Shown: positions 10,259 through 22,248 of the stretch, in pieces
Position numbering within the stretch: the first letter of the stretch is position 1
How the letters are laid out: every line of letters begins with the position of its first letter
DNA from: an uncultured Bacilli bacterium
GTDB taxonomy: Bacteria > Bacillota_I > Bacilli_A > RFN20 > DUOF01
Direction: 5' to 3'
Assembly (NCBI GenBank): GCA_934183255.1
Contig: CAKPSD010000001.1
Span: forward strand, 517,728 to 581,727
Length of the DNA: 64,000 nt
Position numbers and translations under genes: made by a program
The notes under the pieces: model-generated
What the model was told of the DNA's origin: nothing
Seen by the model: the letters and a program-made list of their open reading frames with translations, nothing else
Databases searched by the model: none

Positions 10259-11698
10259 ATGAATGATATAAAAAATGAAAAGATAACATCTCGTGATGTA
10301 GATTTTGCAAAATGGTATACGGATGTTGTAAAAGCAGCTCGTTTGGCAGCTTATTCAAATGTTAAAGGATGTGTTGTATTTGAGCCTAATGGCGCTGCAT
10401 TATGGGAAAGAATACAAAAAGTATTAGACGATAAATTCAAAGAAACAGGGCACCAAAATGTTATGATGCCAATGTTAATACCTGAAAACTTAATGAAAAA
10501 AGAAGGAGAATTAATTAACGGATTTGCTCCTGAAGTTGCTTGGGTAACTATTGGTGGTACTAAACAACTTGAAGAAAAATTATGTATAAGACCTACGAGC
10601 GAAACATTATTTAGTGACTACTATAGTGGCATAGTAAATTCTTATAGGGATTTACCTATAAAATATAATCAATGGTGTAGTGTTATGAGATGGGAAAAAG
10701 AAACAAGGCCTTTTTTAAGAAGTAGAGAATTTTTCTGGCAAGAAGGACATACAATACACGAGACTCAAAAAGAAGCTGAAGAAGAAACCTTAAATATGCT
10801 TAATGTATACAAAGATTTTTTTGAGCAATATTTAGCAATTCCTGTGCTTACTGGCAAAAAAACAGAAAAAGAGAAATTTGCAGGTGCTGAATATACATAT
10901 ACTGTTGAAGCTCTTATGTACAATGGTGTTTCATTACAATCTGGAACTAGTCATTATTTTGGTCAAAAGTTTTCTAAGGCATATGATATTAAATTTATGG
11001 GAAGAGACAATAAAATTGAATATGCTTATCAAACATCATGGGGAGTTTCAAATAGAATGATTGGGGCTTTAATCATGGTTCATGGTGATGATAATGGGTT
11101 AATTTTACCTCCTCGTATTGCTCCAAGACAAGTAGTAATTGTTGGTATTGGTAAAAATGACGAAATTGTAAATTCTGCAGTTAACAAATGCTATGAAGAC
11201 TTAAAAAAAGCTGGCATTTCAGTATATATTGATTCAACTGAAAGAAGTCCTGGTTTTAAATTTGCAGAAGCAGAAGTGAATGGCATACCTGTAAGACTTG
11301 AAATTGGCAAAAGAGATTTAGCTAATAACCAAATAACAATTGCAAGACGTGATACTAGAGAAAAATTATTATTTAACTATGATAAAAATTTATTTGACAA
11401 TATAAAAAAATTAATGGAAGATATTCAAACTAACATGTATAATAGAGCAAAAAAAAGAATGGAATCTCTAACATATAGCGCTACAACTTATGAAGAAGTA
11501 AAAAAAATCATGGATACTCAACCAGGATTTATATATGCACCTTGGTGTGGTGAACAAGAATGCGAATTAAAGATGAAAGAAATTAGAGGAACCAAATCTA
11601 GATGTATAGTAGAAACTTATGATCACGATCACGAACACAAATGTGTAGTGTGTGGTAAAAAAGCTAAGCATAATGTTGTATGGGGTATACAATACTAA
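10259..11698 (+). CDS. proS: proline--tRNA ligase, archaeal/eukaryotic-like type
   Basis: 479 aa with class II motifs and a C-terminal Zn-Cys cluster, ending in Tyr (…CVVCGKKAKHNVVWGIQY). Confidence 0.93.
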   Translation: MNDIKNEKITSRDVDFAKWYTDVVKAARLAAYSNVKGCVVFEPNGAALWERIQKVLDDKFKETGHQNVMMPMLIPENLMKKEGELINGFAPEVAWVTIGGTKQLEEKLCIRPTSETLFSDYYSGIVNSYRDLPIKYNQWCSVMRWEKETRPFLRSREFFWQEGHTIHETQKEAEEETLNMLNVYKDFFEQYLAIPVLTGKKTEKEKFAGAEYTYTVEALMYNGVSLQSGTSHYFGQKFSKAYDIKFMGRDNKIEYAYQTSWGVSNRMIGALIMVHGDDNGLILPPRIAPRQVVIVGIGKNDEIVNSAVNKCYEDLKKAGISVYIDSTERSPGFKFAEAEVNGIPVRLEIGKRDLANNQITIARRDTREKLLFNYDKNLFDNIKKLMEDIQTNMYNRAKKRMESLTYSATTYEEVKKIMDTQPGFIYAPWCGEQECELKMKEIRGTKSRCIVETYDHDHEHKCVVCGKKAKHNVVWGIQY

Positions 11699-11714
11699 CA
11701 AAAAATATCAATAT

Positions 11715-11740
11715 AAAAGAGCTAGTTAGCTCTTTTTTTA
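11715..11740. terminator. bidirectional rho-independent terminator
   Basis: AAAAGAGC-TAGTTA-GCTCTTTTTTT hairpin, flanked by A and T runs. Confidence 0.6.
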
Positions 11741-11860
11741 TATCTTAAGATTGCGTTGATTATTGATTTTGTAACATAGATTAAAATATGAAATTGGCTA
11801 GTAACCAATTTCTTGTCATAGTTTATAACTTTACACAAATTTATTTATAGACTCTTGCAT

Positions 11861-12937
11861 CTAATAATCTACATGACTTCCTCCATACTTATCTAGTGAT
11901 ATAGATTTCATCCTTTCTTTACTTACTCCAATACATTCAATTATTTCATTAAACATACTAAATAATTCTATATCAATTGAATTATCTACTACCTTCATTT
12001 TTTTCATTTGCTTATAGAACTTTTTACTCACTTTTAATCCTATTGAATAAGCATAATATTTTTCCCACATAAGCACTCCCATAATTGGATGATTAGGTAT
12101 TTCACTATAATGCTTCAAATATTTTTTAAAGCCCTTCCATTTTTTATAATCTTCATTACCTTGTTTACTAAACTCATTATAATAACAAGTTAAATTAAAT
12201 GTGAATGTAACAATAAACTTTAATACCCATAAAATTAAAGCACTTATTAAAGACCATATAAACAAAATGGCTATAAATTCATCACCATCTGATGCTTCTG
12301 CAATTAAACCTATTATACCAAACATTACACTTGCAATGCTTGCCATCAAAGTAACAATTTTATTAATAATTTTATATGTTTTCATTTTCCATTTAGCATA
12401 ACTTTTGCTAAAAAAATCTTTTTCTTTTGCTTCATCTTGAATACCTTTTAAAAACTCACTATAAAATTTTTTATCTAAGTTCTCTTTATATAACTTATTG
12501 CTTAAATCTTTCTCGTTTATTTCTAATTTATCTCTAAACAAATAATTTATTAATAGTACTTCATATTTATTCAATTTTTCTTTATTTAACAAAGTAATTC
12601 TATACTCTCCTGAATTACTATTAATCGATCCATAAAGCAAATCTATTTTTATTTTTCCTTTTCCAATCAAATCGAATAAAGTTGAGCAAATTTCTCTTCT
12701 TCCAATTTTTTGCATATTTACTAAATATGCCATTATCGCAGGTTCATAGTCAGGAATATTAACAGTTTCACTCACAAACAAATTAAACATCTCTTTAAAT
12801 TGTTTTCTAGAATTAAATGATAGGACCTCTATTACTAAATAGACTAGATAAATAGCTACTATTAAGGTTGCTAAACCAACTATAAGCACAAAGGGTATAC
12901 TTAAAGCAAAAAATAAATCACTAGTTTTTAAAAACAT
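11861..12937 (-). CDS. membrane protein (DUF2207-like)
   Basis: N-terminal TM helix and several internal TM helices. C-terminal region WKGFKKYLKHYSEIPNHPIMGVLMWEKYYAYSIGL resembles the DUF2207 tail. Confidence 0.4.
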   Translation of the reverse strand: MFLKTSDLFFALSIPFVLIVGLATLIVAIYLVYLVIEVLSFNSRKQFKEMFNLFVSETVNIPDYEPAIMAYLVNMQKIGRREICSTLFDLIGKGKIKIDLLYGSINSNSGEYRITLLNKEKLNKYEVLLINYLFRDKLEINEKDLSNKLYKENLDKKFYSEFLKGIQDEAKEKDFFSKSYAKWKMKTYKIINKIVTLMASIASVMFGIIGLIAEASDGDEFIAILFIWSLISALILWVLKFIVTFTFNLTCYYNEFSKQGNEDYKKWKGFKKYLKHYSEIPNHPIMGVLMWEKYYAYSIGLKVSKKFYKQMKKMKVVDNSIDIELFSMFNEIIECIGVSKERMKSISLDKYGGSHVDY

Positions 12938-13016
12938 TCAACATCACCTTTTTTAGTATATTAAATTTACAACTTTTATTCCACTAATGATATAATATTT
13001 TTGTGGTGATTTTTAA

Positions 13017-13730
13017 ATGATGAGATTAGATAAGTATTTATCTTTTTTAGGAAAAGGTTCTAGAAAAGAAGTAAAAGAGTTTATAAAGAAAGGATTAGTA
13101 AGTGTTAATGGAATTACTATAAAAAAAGATGACTTTAAAATTAATGAAGAGAATGATATAGTAATATTTAATAATGAAAAATTAGAATATGAAGAGTTTG
13201 CATATTTAATGCTTAATAAACCAAGTGGAGTAGTAAGCGCTACTTATGATAATAAAGATAAAACTGTTATTGATTTAATTAAAGAATATAAACATTTAGA
13301 TTTATTTCCTTTTGGTAGACTTGATAAAGATAGCGAAGGATTACTTGTAATTAGTAATGATGGCAAACTTGCTCATGAATTGTTATCACCTAAAAAGCAT
13401 GTTAACAAAAAGTATTATGTTGAAGTGCTAGGAAAAGTTACTAATGAAGATGTTCTTGCCTTTAAAGAGGGGATCACTCTAGATAATGAGTTATGCAAAA
13501 GTGCAACTCTTGAAATAATAAAAAGCGATGATATTAGTTATTGCTATGTTACTATTAGTGAAGGAAAGTACCATCAAGTAAAAAGAATGTTTGAAAGTGT
13601 AAATAAAAAGGTAACTTACTTAAAAAGAGTTACCTTTGGAAATCTAAAACTTGATGAAAATTTAAAACTTGGTGAATATCGAAAATTAACAGAGCAAGAA
13701 ATAAATTTACTAAAAGAAAAGGACAACTAA
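13017..13730 (+). CDS. rsuA: 16S rRNA pseudouridine synthase (RsuA/RluB family)
   Basis: S4-like N-terminus (RLDKYL) and the catalytic motif GRLDKDSEGLL. Confidence 0.8.
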   Translation: MMRLDKYLSFLGKGSRKEVKEFIKKGLVSVNGITIKKDDFKINEENDIVIFNNEKLEYEEFAYLMLNKPSGVVSATYDNKDKTVIDLIKEYKHLDLFPFGRLDKDSEGLLVISNDGKLAHELLSPKKHVNKKYYVEVLGKVTNEDVLAFKEGITLDNELCKSATLEIIKSDDISYCYVTISEGKYHQVKRMFESVNKKVTYLKRVTFGNLKLDENLKLGEYRKLTEQEINLLKEKDN

Positions 13731-15269
<1,539 letters not shown>

Positions 15270-15294
15270 TTATTATTATTTATCAATTATTTAA

Positions 15295-16134
15295 CTACTT
15301 TGAATATTCCTCTATCTTATTATCTAAAGCAATTTTACATAAAATATCTTTAACAATAATATCTACTCTAGAGTTTTCACTATAATCAGCTGGAGCAATA
15401 AAATTAACTCTACCATCTTTAAATATTTTTTTAGCTATTTTAAGTTTTTTCTCCGAAGTTGGATTATAAACGCATATCGAGTGACCATCATCTTTTTTTA
15501 CAGTTTTAAAACAAGGAATGTCAGTTTCACCATCGCCAATATAAATCATGTTTTTATATGGGAGAAGTGACGCTCTATCTTCTACATATTCATTTAGTTC
15601 ATATGGATCATACAATTTGTCTAATTGATTCTTTCTTATACGATATATATATTGAGTTTTAGTAGTAAAATTAACTGCTTGAGATGCCCAAATAGGTTCT
15701 TTTGTTTCTTCATCATAGGCAAAACTACAAGCAAATATTCTTTTAAATTCTTTAGCAATTTTAGTGCCCTCTACTATTTCTTTTAATCCACAAGAAATAA
15801 TGTAGTGTTCTACTTCAAGTCCTAAACTTTTTCCATATTCATTTATTCTTTTAAACCAACTCTCTACTCCATTAAAGAAAGATATAACTTCTCCTTGTTT
15901 ATTAAATTCTTCTCTACTTATTTTAAGTTTCTTTTCCTTAACTAATTGTATTGATGTGTACATGTATGCAAGGATACTATCCATATTATGTTTTTTAGCA
16001 ATTTCTCCTGCTACACCCCAGAAATCATTTGCACTTATTTGTAAATTAGGAATAAACCCATACTCTTGCATATTTCCCGGCGCTAATGTCTCGTCAAAAT
16101 CATACATTATTGCTACTTTATTTTTAACATTCAT
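15295..16134 (-). CDS. HAD-superfamily hydrolase
   Basis: N-terminal DxD motif (MYDFDETL) and a later GDGETD motif. Confidence 0.6.
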   Translation of the reverse strand: MNVKNKVAIMYDFDETLAPGNMQEYGFIPNLQISANDFWGVAGEIAKKHNMDSILAYMYTSIQLVKEKKLKISREEFNKQGEVISFFNGVESWFKRINEYGKSLGLEVEHYIISCGLKEIVEGTKIAKEFKRIFACSFAYDEETKEPIWASQAVNFTTKTQYIYRIRKNQLDKLYDPYELNEYVEDRASLLPYKNMIYIGDGETDIPCFKTVKKDDGHSICVYNPTSEKKLKIAKKIFKDGRVNFIAPADYSENSRVDIIVKDILCKIALDNKIEEYSK

Positions 16135-16152
16135 AAAACAACCTCCTAATAA

Positions 16153-16180
16153 AAAAAGCTATTTATATTATAGCTTTTTT
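16153..16180. terminator. rho-independent terminator (bidirectional shape)
   Basis: AAAAAAAGCTAT-loop-ATAGCTTTTTT. Confidence 0.5.
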
Positions 16181-16189
16181 CTTATTCAT

Positions 16190-16606
16190 TTATCTACAAA
16201 ATTTATTAAGATTTTTAACTGTAAACTTTTCTTCTTTTCCTAAAACTTCACGAGCCTTCTTCATTAATTCTTTTGTCATTACTTTATATTCTTCATTATC
16301 AATGATTTTAGGATTATCTTTTGCATCATAAAATGTAGGAAATTTTTTAATATATGCAGAACATAATTTTTTAATTTTCTTTAACTCTGGGTATTGCAAT
16401 TCAATGCTTCCAGATAAAGTTCTAAAGTTTAATATTTCTGCATCTCTTCTTCTCTCTTTTGGAACTTTATTAAAATCTATAAAGAATAAAGAACCATAAC
16501 TATGTAAAAATTCCTCTTCTTGTTCGTTATAATCTCTTGTACCTACTGGTCTTCCTCCCATATATAAAGATAAAAGTTGAGCTAAAGTTAATTTAATTTC
16601 ATCCAT
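16190..16606 (-). CDS. hypothetical protein
   Basis: 138-aa ORF with no recognisable motif. Confidence 0.35.
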   Translation of the reverse strand: MDEIKLTLAQLLSLYMGGRPVGTRDYNEQEEEFLHSYGSLFFIDFNKVPKERRRDAEILNFRTLSGSIELQYPELKKIKKLCSAYIKKFPTFYDAKDNPKIIDNEEYKVMTKELMKKAREVLGKEEKFTVKNLNKFCR

Positions 16607-16699
16607 TTAAAACACCTCTAGTTACAATTATATCAAACAAAAATTAAATGTCTACTAAAATTTTTCTAGCAAGTGTTTCACATGGAAACTTTTTATTTT

Positions 16700-17230
16700 T
16701 TAACAAGAAAATTTCTTTTTATAGTTTTCTATACTATCTTCAATAATTTCTTTTGCCTTATTTACATTTTCAACTTTTTCAATATAAGTTTTCTTTCCTT
16801 CTAACTGTTTATACACTCTAAAGAAATGTTGCATTTCATCTAACATATGATTAGGCAATTCACTTATATCGTTATATATATTCATAACTGGATCATGCTC
16901 AACTACAGCAATTATTTTTTCGTCAACCTCTCCACCATCAATCATTAATACTACACCAATTGGTTTACACTTTACAAGTGATAATGGTTCTAGTACTTCT
17001 TGACATAAGACAAGAACATCTAAAGGATCATTATCACCTGAATAAGTTTTTGGTATAAATCCATAATTAGCAGGGTAATGAGTCGAAGTATAAAGGATTC
17101 TATCTAGTATTATTAAACCAGTTTCTTTATCTAATTCATATTTTTTCTTACTACCTTTTGGTATTTCTATACAAGCAATAAAACTATCTTTATTTACTCT
17201 TTTGCTATCTAAATCATGCCAAATATTCAT
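16700..17230 (-). CDS. ppa: inorganic pyrophosphatase (family I)
   Basis: DPLDVLV and DGGEVDEKIIAV motifs. 176 aa. Confidence 0.9.
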   Translation of the reverse strand: MNIWHDLDSKRVNKDSFIACIEIPKGSKKKYELDKETGLIILDRILYTSTHYPANYGFIPKTYSGDNDPLDVLVLCQEVLEPLSLVKCKPIGVVLMIDGGEVDEKIIAVVEHDPVMNIYNDISELPNHMLDEMQHFFRVYKQLEGKKTYIEKVENVNKAKEIIEDSIENYKKKFSC

Positions 17231-20200
17231 TATTCTTCACTCATTTTCTTTAATCTATCAAATCTCTTCATTGCATATACTTTAGATAATTCTAGTAATT
17301 CTTCTGCTTCATCAGGATTTGCTATTGGTAATCTGTTATATCTTGTTTGATTTAATAAGAAGTTTTTAAATTTATTAAAATCTGGTTCTTTGAAATCTAG
17401 TTGCAAAGGATTCTTACCTTGCGCATCTAATCTTGGATCATATCTAAATAAGTTGAAGTAACCACACTCTGTTGCTTCTTTTTGGTTTTCTTGATGATTT
17501 ACTAATCCACCTTTAATACCATGTTCAATACATGGAGAATAAGCGATAATTAGGGATGGTCCATCATAGCTTTCTGCTTCTTTCAAAGCCTTAATAGCTT
17601 GCATGTTATTTGCTCCCATATTTATTTGAGCTACATATACATGACCATATGCCATAGCAATTGCAGCTAAATCCTTTTTAGCAGTTTTTTTACCAGAAGC
17701 AGTAAACTTAGCAATTGAACCTGTTTGACTTGACTTAGAAGATTGACCACCTGTGTTAGAATAAACTTCTGTATCTAAAACTAAGATATTTACATTTTCA
17801 TTATTAGCTATAACATGGTCTAATCCACCATAGCCGATATCATAAGCCCATCCATCTCCACCTATAATCCATTGTGATTTGCTTACTAAATCTCTTTTAA
17901 AGTCTAATAATTCTTTTACATAAGCATTTTGCGATTTAGTTACTAATTCTACAATTTTAGGAGCTAATTCTTTTTCCTTTTCTCTATTTCCTTCACTAGC
18001 AAGATATTCATTCAATACATCTTGTAATGGTTTCTCTAAATAAGGTAAATTTTTATGAATTATATTAGCAATTTCATATTTTTTATATTTAGATGCAATT
18101 GCCATACCAAACCCATACTCTGCATTGTCTTCAAATAATGAGTTAGCCCATGCAGGTCCTTGTCCTTTATTATCCTTTACAAATGGAGTTGAAGGAGTTG
18201 AACCACTATAGATTGATGAACATCCTGTAGCGTTAGCAATTAACATATCTTCTCCAAATAATTGAGATACTAGTCTATAATAAGGAGTTTCACCACATCC
18301 TGCACATGCTCCACTAACTTCAAAATAAGGTTTAAGTAATCCTGCACCTTTTACAGTGTTTTCTTGGAACAATCCTTTTTTATAGAAATCACCAGTATAT
18401 AAATAATCAGCGCCTTCTTCTTGTTTAACTTGTTCTTTTACAGATTCCATAGTTAAAGCTTTATTACCTTTCATACCTGGGCATTGTTCTACACAAAGAC
18501 CACATCCAACACAGTTAAGAGGTGATACTTGAACACGATATTTTAAATCCTTTACAGCAGGTCCACCTAATGCATTTAATACATCATCCTTTACTACTTC
18601 AGGAGCCTTTTCTAGTTCTTTATCATTTAGTAAGAATGTTCTAATAGTAGCGTGTGGGCATACAAATGAGCACTTATTACATTGAATACAATTTTCTTTA
18701 TGCCATACTGGTACTTCTTCAGCAATATTTCTCTTTTCTTTAAAAGCAACATTGCTTTCCATAGAACCATCTAATAATGTTTCAGTTGTAAATGCAGATA
18801 CTGGTAAATCATAACCATCTAGATGAGTAATTGGATAAACAAAGTTATCAAAGTAATCATCTCCAGTTAGTTCGCGTGTTTCTTTAGTGGATAAATTTTT
18901 CCAATTTGGGTTAACTTCTACTTCAACTAATTCATCACCTTTATCAATAGCTAAATAGTTAGCTTTTACTACATCATCACCTTTTTTACTATAAGATTTC
19001 TTAGCCATTTCTTTCATAAGTTCTTTAGCTTTTTTATAATCTAATAGTTGTGGATTTAATTTAAAGAAAGCACTTTGTAAAATAGTATTTGTTCTTCTAC
19101 CCATACCAATACTCTTAGCAATTTCAGTAGCATCTATAATATAGAATTTTGCATTCTTTAAAGCTAATTGTTTTTTAAATCTGTTAGGTAAACTTTTTAA
19201 TAAATCTTCTTTCTTTAATTCTGTATTAAGTAAGAATGTTCCGCCTTCTTTTAGGTTAGATAACATATCATACTTAATAATATATGAATCCATTGAGCAA
19301 GATATAAAATCAGCATTTTTTACATAATAAGTAGATCTAATTGGAGAATCTCCAAATCTTAAATGTGATCTAGTAGTACCACCTGATTTTTTAGAATCAT
19401 ATGCAAAATAAGCTTGAATGTATTTATCAGTATTATCGCCAATTATTTTAATAGAGTTCTTATTAGCACTTACTGTACCATCACTACCTAATCCATAGAA
19501 TAAACATGAAGTGTAGTCTCCGTCAATATGGAAGTTTTCATCAACTTTTAAACTTAAATTAGTTACATCATCATTAATACCTATTGTAAAACTATTTAAT
19601 GGTTTTTCTTTTTCTAAATTATCATACACTGCTTTAATTTGATTTGGTTGAGTATCTTTACTTGATAATCCATATCTACCACCAACTACTACAACATCTA
19701 CATTATTTTGTTTTAAAGATGCAACAACATCTAGATATAATGGTTCTCCTGCTGCTCCACTTTCTTTAGTTCTATCTAATACAGCTATTTTCTTAACTGT
19801 TTTAGGTAATACTTTTAATAAATATTTACTAGAGAAAGGTCTGTATAAATGAACTTTAATTAATCCTACTTTTTCACCATTTTTCATTAACTTATCTATA
19901 GTTTCTTTAATTGTTTCAGTAACAGATCCCATAGCTACAATTACTTTAGTAGCATCTTTTGCTCCATAATAAGTAAATGGTGCATATTCTCTTCCTGTGA
20001 TTTCTGAGATTTTCTTTAAATATTTAGCAGTAACTTCTACTATATTATCAAAGTGTTTGTTTTGTGCTTCTCTACCTTGAAAATAAATATCATCGTTTTC
20101 TGCTCCACCACGTGCTATTGGATTAGTATGTGGGTTTAAAGCTTTCTTCCTAAAATTTTCTAATGCTTCTTTATTTAGTAAATTTCTTAATACATCATAA

Positions 20201-20781
20201 TCTTGTAATTCTACTTTTTGAATTTCATGACTTGTTCTAAATCCATCAAAGAAATGAATAAAAGGAGCACTTGCTTCAATTGCACTTAAGTGTGCTACTG
20301 GAGCTAAATCAGCAGCTTCTTGAACTGAATGTGAACAAAGCATTGCTACACCAGTTTGTCTAGTTGCATATATATCTTGGTGATCTCCAAATATTGATAA
20401 TGCACGTCCTGCAATTGCTCTTGCTGATACATGCAATACTCCAGGAAGCATTTCTCCTACCATTTTATATAAGTTAGGAATCATTAATAATAATCCTTGT
20501 GATGCTGTATATGTTGAAGCTAAGGCACCTGCTTGTAAAGCACCATGTATTGCTCCACTTGCTCCTGCTTCTGATTGCATTTCTACAACCTTAACTACAT
20601 TTCTAAAAATATTTTCTTTTCCTTTACTTGCCCATGCATCTACATGTTCTGCCATAGTTGAACTAGGAGTAATAGGGTAAATTGCTGCTACCTCACTAAA
20701 AGCATAAGAACCATAAGCTGCTGCCTCATTACCATCTAATGAAGCTATAATCTTTTTGTTTTCCATTCTCTTTCTCCTCAC
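17230..20781 (-). CDS. nifJ: pyruvate:ferredoxin (flavodoxin) oxidoreductase
   Basis: 1183-aa single-chain PFOR with two ferredoxin-type CxxCxxCxxxCP motifs and a TPP domain (GGDGW). Confidence 0.95.
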   Translation of the reverse strand: MRRKRMENKKIIASLDGNEAAAYGSYAFSEVAAIYPITPSSTMAEHVDAWASKGKENIFRNVVKVVEMQSEAGASGAIHGALQAGALASTYTASQGLLLMIPNLYKMVGEMLPGVLHVSARAIAGRALSIFGDHQDIYATRQTGVAMLCSHSVQEAADLAPVAHLSAIEASAPFIHFFDGFRTSHEIQKVELQDYDVLRNLLNKEALENFRKKALNPHTNPIARGGAENDDIYFQGREAQNKHFDNIVEVTAKYLKKISEITGREYAPFTYYGAKDATKVIVAMGSVTETIKETIDKLMKNGEKVGLIKVHLYRPFSSKYLLKVLPKTVKKIAVLDRTKESGAAGEPLYLDVVASLKQNNVDVVVVGGRYGLSSKDTQPNQIKAVYDNLEKEKPLNSFTIGINDDVTNLSLKVDENFHIDGDYTSCLFYGLGSDGTVSANKNSIKIIGDNTDKYIQAYFAYDSKKSGGTTRSHLRFGDSPIRSTYYVKNADFISCSMDSYIIKYDMLSNLKEGGTFLLNTELKKEDLLKSLPNRFKKQLALKNAKFYIIDATEIAKSIGMGRRTNTILQSAFFKLNPQLLDYKKAKELMKEMAKKSYSKKGDDVVKANYLAIDKGDELVEVEVNPNWKNLSTKETRELTGDDYFDNFVYPITHLDGYDLPVSAFTTETLLDGSMESNVAFKEKRNIAEEVPVWHKENCIQCNKCSFVCPHATIRTFLLNDKELEKAPEVVKDDVLNALGGPAVKDLKYRVQVSPLNCVGCGLCVEQCPGMKGNKALTMESVKEQVKQEEGADYLYTGDFYKKGLFQENTVKGAGLLKPYFEVSGACAGCGETPYYRLVSQLFGEDMLIANATGCSSIYSGSTPSTPFVKDNKGQGPAWANSLFEDNAEYGFGMAIASKYKKYEIANIIHKNLPYLEKPLQDVLNEYLASEGNREKEKELAPKIVELVTKSQNAYVKELLDFKRDLVSKSQWIIGGDGWAYDIGYGGLDHVIANNENVNILVLDTEVYSNTGGQSSKSSQTGSIAKFTASGKKTAKKDLAAIAMAYGHVYVAQINMGANNMQAIKALKEAESYDGPSLIIAYSPCIEHGIKGGLVNHQENQKEATECGYFNLFRYDPRLDAQGKNPLQLDFKEPDFNKFKNFLLNQTRYNRLPIANPDEAEELLELSKVYAMKRFDRLKKMSEE

Positions 20782-20945
20782 ATATATATTTTTTATATCA
20801 AACTACACTTTTATAATGTAATTATACTTTTTTTGTTTTAAGCAAACAATAAATCTAGCAATTTATCTAACGAAATATTTTTTACTATACATTACTTTGT
20901 TATTATTAACTTTTTTGTTACTATTAAATCAAGAGGAGAGATAGA

Positions 20946-22205
20946 ATGAAAGAAGAACTTAAACTAAATTATAAAAGAACCTTTTTTATTGGTTGTGCAT
21001 TTTTCACAATAATGCTTTTATGGCAAGTGTACAACTACATGTGTCCATTATTTTTAGAAGAAATGGGTGTTTCTGATAAATATAAAGGATTAATCATGGC
21101 TGCTGATAATATATTTGCATTAGTTATGTTACCAGTATTTGGAGCAATGTCTGATAAAACAAAAACAAAATTAGGCAAAAGAATGCCTTACATTATTGTT
21201 GGAACTATTCTAGCAGCTCTTGCATTTCCTTTTGTAGCAGTATTTGGAATGAAAGGAAACTTAATAGGATTATTAATAGTAATGGGATTAATATTATTCT
21301 TTATGAATATATATAGAGCACCTGCTGTTGCATTAATGCCTGACTTAACCCCTAAAAAGCATCGTTCTAAAGCTAACGGGATTATTAATCTAATGGGAGG
21401 AATCGGAGGAATATTTGCATATGGTACAGCACTTCTATTTGGAAGTAAGTATCCAATTATTCCATTCATTGTAACTAGTATATTAATGATTACTGCTTTA
21501 ATAGTTTTACTTTTAACTGTTAAAGAAGCAAAAATTTTAGCAGAAATAGAAGAGGATGAAGAAGTAAAAGAAGAATTAACTAATACTGAACCATTAAATA
21601 AGAGTCAAAAGAAAAACTTAATATTTATTTTATGTGCTGTATTCTTCTGGTTCTTTGCAGTTAATGCTGTTGAAACATTCTGGGGAACATATTCTTGGGA
21701 TGTATTCTTCAATAACGACGTTTCTAAAAAAACAACTGGAGCAATAGCACTACTTATATTTACAGCTGCTGCAATTGTTTCTTATTTGCCTGGAGGAATT
21801 ATTGCTACTAAGATTGGAAGAAGAAGAACAATACTTATTGGTATAGGTTGTATCTTCACTGCCTTTTTAATTGCATCATTCTTAACTAAATGGAGTCTTA
21901 TTGGATTTGTTGCATTATTTGTTCTAGCAGGTTTTGGATGGGCAGCAATTAATGTAAACTCATACCCAATGGTTGTAGAATATGCAAGTGAAAGTAATGG
22001 TGGTAAATTTACTGGATTCTATTATACAGCATCTCAACTTGCTCAAACGGTTACTCCATTTATTATAGGAACTATCATGGACTTTATTGGTAGAAGAATG
22101 ATGTTCCCATACGCTTCATTCTTCTTGTTCATATCATTTGCATTTATGTTTATAGTTAAAGAAAATCACAGAGAAGAAAAACAAACAGAAAGTACTACAA
22201 AATAG
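20946..22205 (+). CDS. MFS transporter
   Basis: 419 aa with about 12 TM helices and an acidic linker between the two halves. Confidence 0.8.
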   Translation: MKEELKLNYKRTFFIGCAFFTIMLLWQVYNYMCPLFLEEMGVSDKYKGLIMAADNIFALVMLPVFGAMSDKTKTKLGKRMPYIIVGTILAALAFPFVAVFGMKGNLIGLLIVMGLILFFMNIYRAPAVALMPDLTPKKHRSKANGIINLMGGIGGIFAYGTALLFGSKYPIIPFIVTSILMITALIVLLLTVKEAKILAEIEEDEEVKEELTNTEPLNKSQKKNLIFILCAVFFWFFAVNAVETFWGTYSWDVFFNNDVSKKTTGAIALLIFTAAAIVSYLPGGIIATKIGRRRTILIGIGCIFTAFLIASFLTKWSLIGFVALFVLAGFGWAAINVNSYPMVVEYASESNGGKFTGFYYTASQLAQTVTPFIIGTIMDFIGRRMMFPYASFFLFISFAFMFIVKENHREEKQTESTTK

Positions 22206-22248
22206 TACTTTTTTTATTACCATTTTAATATACTTTAGTGGTGATAAA